64,000 nucleotides of DNA, taken from positions 111,290,001 through 111,354,000 of the forward strand of contig NW_026262734.1 in assembly GCF_021869535.1 (NCBI RefSeq). The letters are read 5' to 3'. Below the pieces are notes generated by a model. The model did not search any database and had not been told where the DNA came from. It saw only the letters and a program-made list of their open reading frames with translations. Made by a program: the position numbers and the translations under genes. Below are positions 62,066 to 64,000 of this stretch, piece after piece. The DNA is from Mytilus californianus. Taxonomy: Eukaryota. Positions within the stretch are counted from its first letter, which is position 1. Every line of letters starts with the position of its first letter.

Positions 62066-63784
62066 CTGAAAACAGAAAATAGTGATTTCAGGGTTTAATA
62101 TTGTGAAATTATCTTGAATTTTTTTATGTTTATAATCAGTCCAATTTCATTTCAGGGATTTTATTAAAGTTGGATATAAACTTTTTTTTGTATTTGTATT
62201 TGTATTTATCTATTTATGTTATATATTTTCAGAAGTAACCAAGTGATCTATACTACTGATAAGATGGATATACAGAGTTCCTAGATAACTTATTAAGCAT
62301 GTATATACCAGATATTGTAAGGGTAATTCTATTTTCTGATGGAAAATAATTTGGACTTCTTGTGTTACTTCGATGTATAACGTAGTTAAAAGAACAATTC
62401 ACACACGTTATATGACAGAAAAGACAAAGAGACAGAAACCTAACCACACAAAAAAGACTTCTCAAAATAAAGTGTTAAACAATATAGACGTGTATACTAA
62501 TGTCAATCTCAAAATCAAGAGTCTATTAAAGATGTGTTTGAAGTATCAGACACTACAAAGATCTGCAAGTAACTCAATATTAAATATTTGATTATACTAG
62601 TAGACAAAAACGACATAGAAGGATAACTAATCAGTGTGGAGGTTATTGGATTTAGATGAGACCCCCCCCTTTTTAGATAAGTACTTTATCCTGCGGTATA
62701 GTTTTACTAGAGTATCTTTTAGTATTGTCCTGTGTTTCCAATTTATGATTCATTTCAATTTTTGAACAATATTAAAATATAAACATCCTATAAAAAAATT
62801 TAAGTCACAATATTCCATTTCATTTAACAAACAAAATAGACCAAATTGAGGACGTAACAAAAAAAACATTAATCGAAAAGGGGGAATGGATAAGCCAAAC
62901 ATCATGAAGTATATTTCAACGTTTTATTTGGATCATCAATGTAGTGTTTTTCGTTCTATGTTCGAGAAATGCGTGGTGTGAAATTGATTTATCCTTCCTA
63001 TACGTACAGTAAATAAATTATTCAAATTTTGGAAGTAGTCAGCGATGATTTAAAATATAAAGAGCTAAGCCCATCTTCATTTTGAAATACATGGTAGTTT
63101 TATCTCTCAATCCAACCAGACTTTAAATAGGATGATAAGAAAACAATACTAAGTATTTTGAAATATGATATGGGATTAGTTCATTTGCAACACTGTGCAA
63201 CGTATGGTCGATATCTCATGCAAAAGATGAATAACACGGTTTTAAACAATACGAGTGCCAACAGTATATATAAAAATAAGAAGATGTGGTATGGTTACCA
63301 ATGAGACAACTCTCCCCAGAGACAAAATAAAATTTTGATTAAGTAGATAAGAGCAAAAATAATGTCATACAATTGTAAAACTGTAAGGTCAAATAGACAA
63401 AATGATCTTTCTGCTGTAAAATGAATTATTAAGAAAGACTTTTTTTTTTAAAGTTTTGATGTAAGAAATCGTTTTTTTAAATCTCAGAATATGATAAAGA
63501 TTCTTTGATAAAAAGTCATGAAATTTTCAATCTAGTGTTGTAACTTGGTAGCAATTTAAATGGAGAGAACATAATCTTATTAATAAAACATCTTCATTTT
63601 ATTCATTTATTGCAAAAGGGTAGTTAACCAACCTTACACAATCCTCAAACGAGAGCTTACTTTGGAAGAATATTTATATTCGGCTATAGCTATATTAGCA
63701 GGGTTGTTTTTTTTTTCTTTGGTATATCTTTAATTTACTCAATTTTCATTGTTATATATGTACATGTATTATCATGTATATCAT

Positions 63785-63935
63785 TTTGGGGGCACTTTAT
63801 AGCTTGATGTTCGGTGTGAGCCAATGCTCCGTGTTGAAGACCGTACTTTGACCTATAATGGTTTACTTTTACCAATTATGACTTAGATGGAGAGTTTTCT
63901 CATCGGCACTCATACCACATCTTCTTATATCTATC
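63785..63935 (-). mobile_element. Abundant dispersed repeat family copy
   Basis: Matches 37960-38105 and 52720-52870. Confidence 0.7.
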
Positions 63936-64000
63936 ATCCTGCTCTTTATTAGTTAAATAGTAAAGCATTTTACTTTGCAATGAGTACAAAGAAGATTAAT

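Overview
AT-rich eukaryotic genomic DNA with spliced genes. The repeat families look like those of a bivalve, probably Mytilus (inference from recalled repeat sequences; no database search was run). The window holds the last coding exon of a two-pore-domain (K2P/TWiK) potassium channel (11841-12439, +). It also holds three co-oriented spliced genes for secreted low-complexity proteins, which the ORF track shows only as fragments. Gene A (26274-32656, 5 coding exons, about 638 aa) is Gly/Ser/Arg/Tyr-rich with Asp-rich repeat modules. Gene B (39617-42918, 4 coding exons, 274 aa) has a CxCxC motif, polybasic sites and an RRRHRKKYKY tail. Gene C (53694 to a tentative 57918, 3 coding exons, about 286 aa) has a Lys/Tyr block followed by a Gly block. 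All three have a separate signal-peptide exon and only phase-1 introns, and the predicted proteins end in Tyr, which suggests an extracellular structural-protein cluster (shell, periostracum or byssus). The rest is transposon and tandem-repeat DNA: Helentron-type HINEs, PIF-, TA- and TTAA-type MITEs, a LINE remnant, SINEs, about 12 minisatellites (one with a 1.1-kb higher-order repeat), decayed minimal hammerhead-ribozyme repeats, and a 129-N assembly gap.
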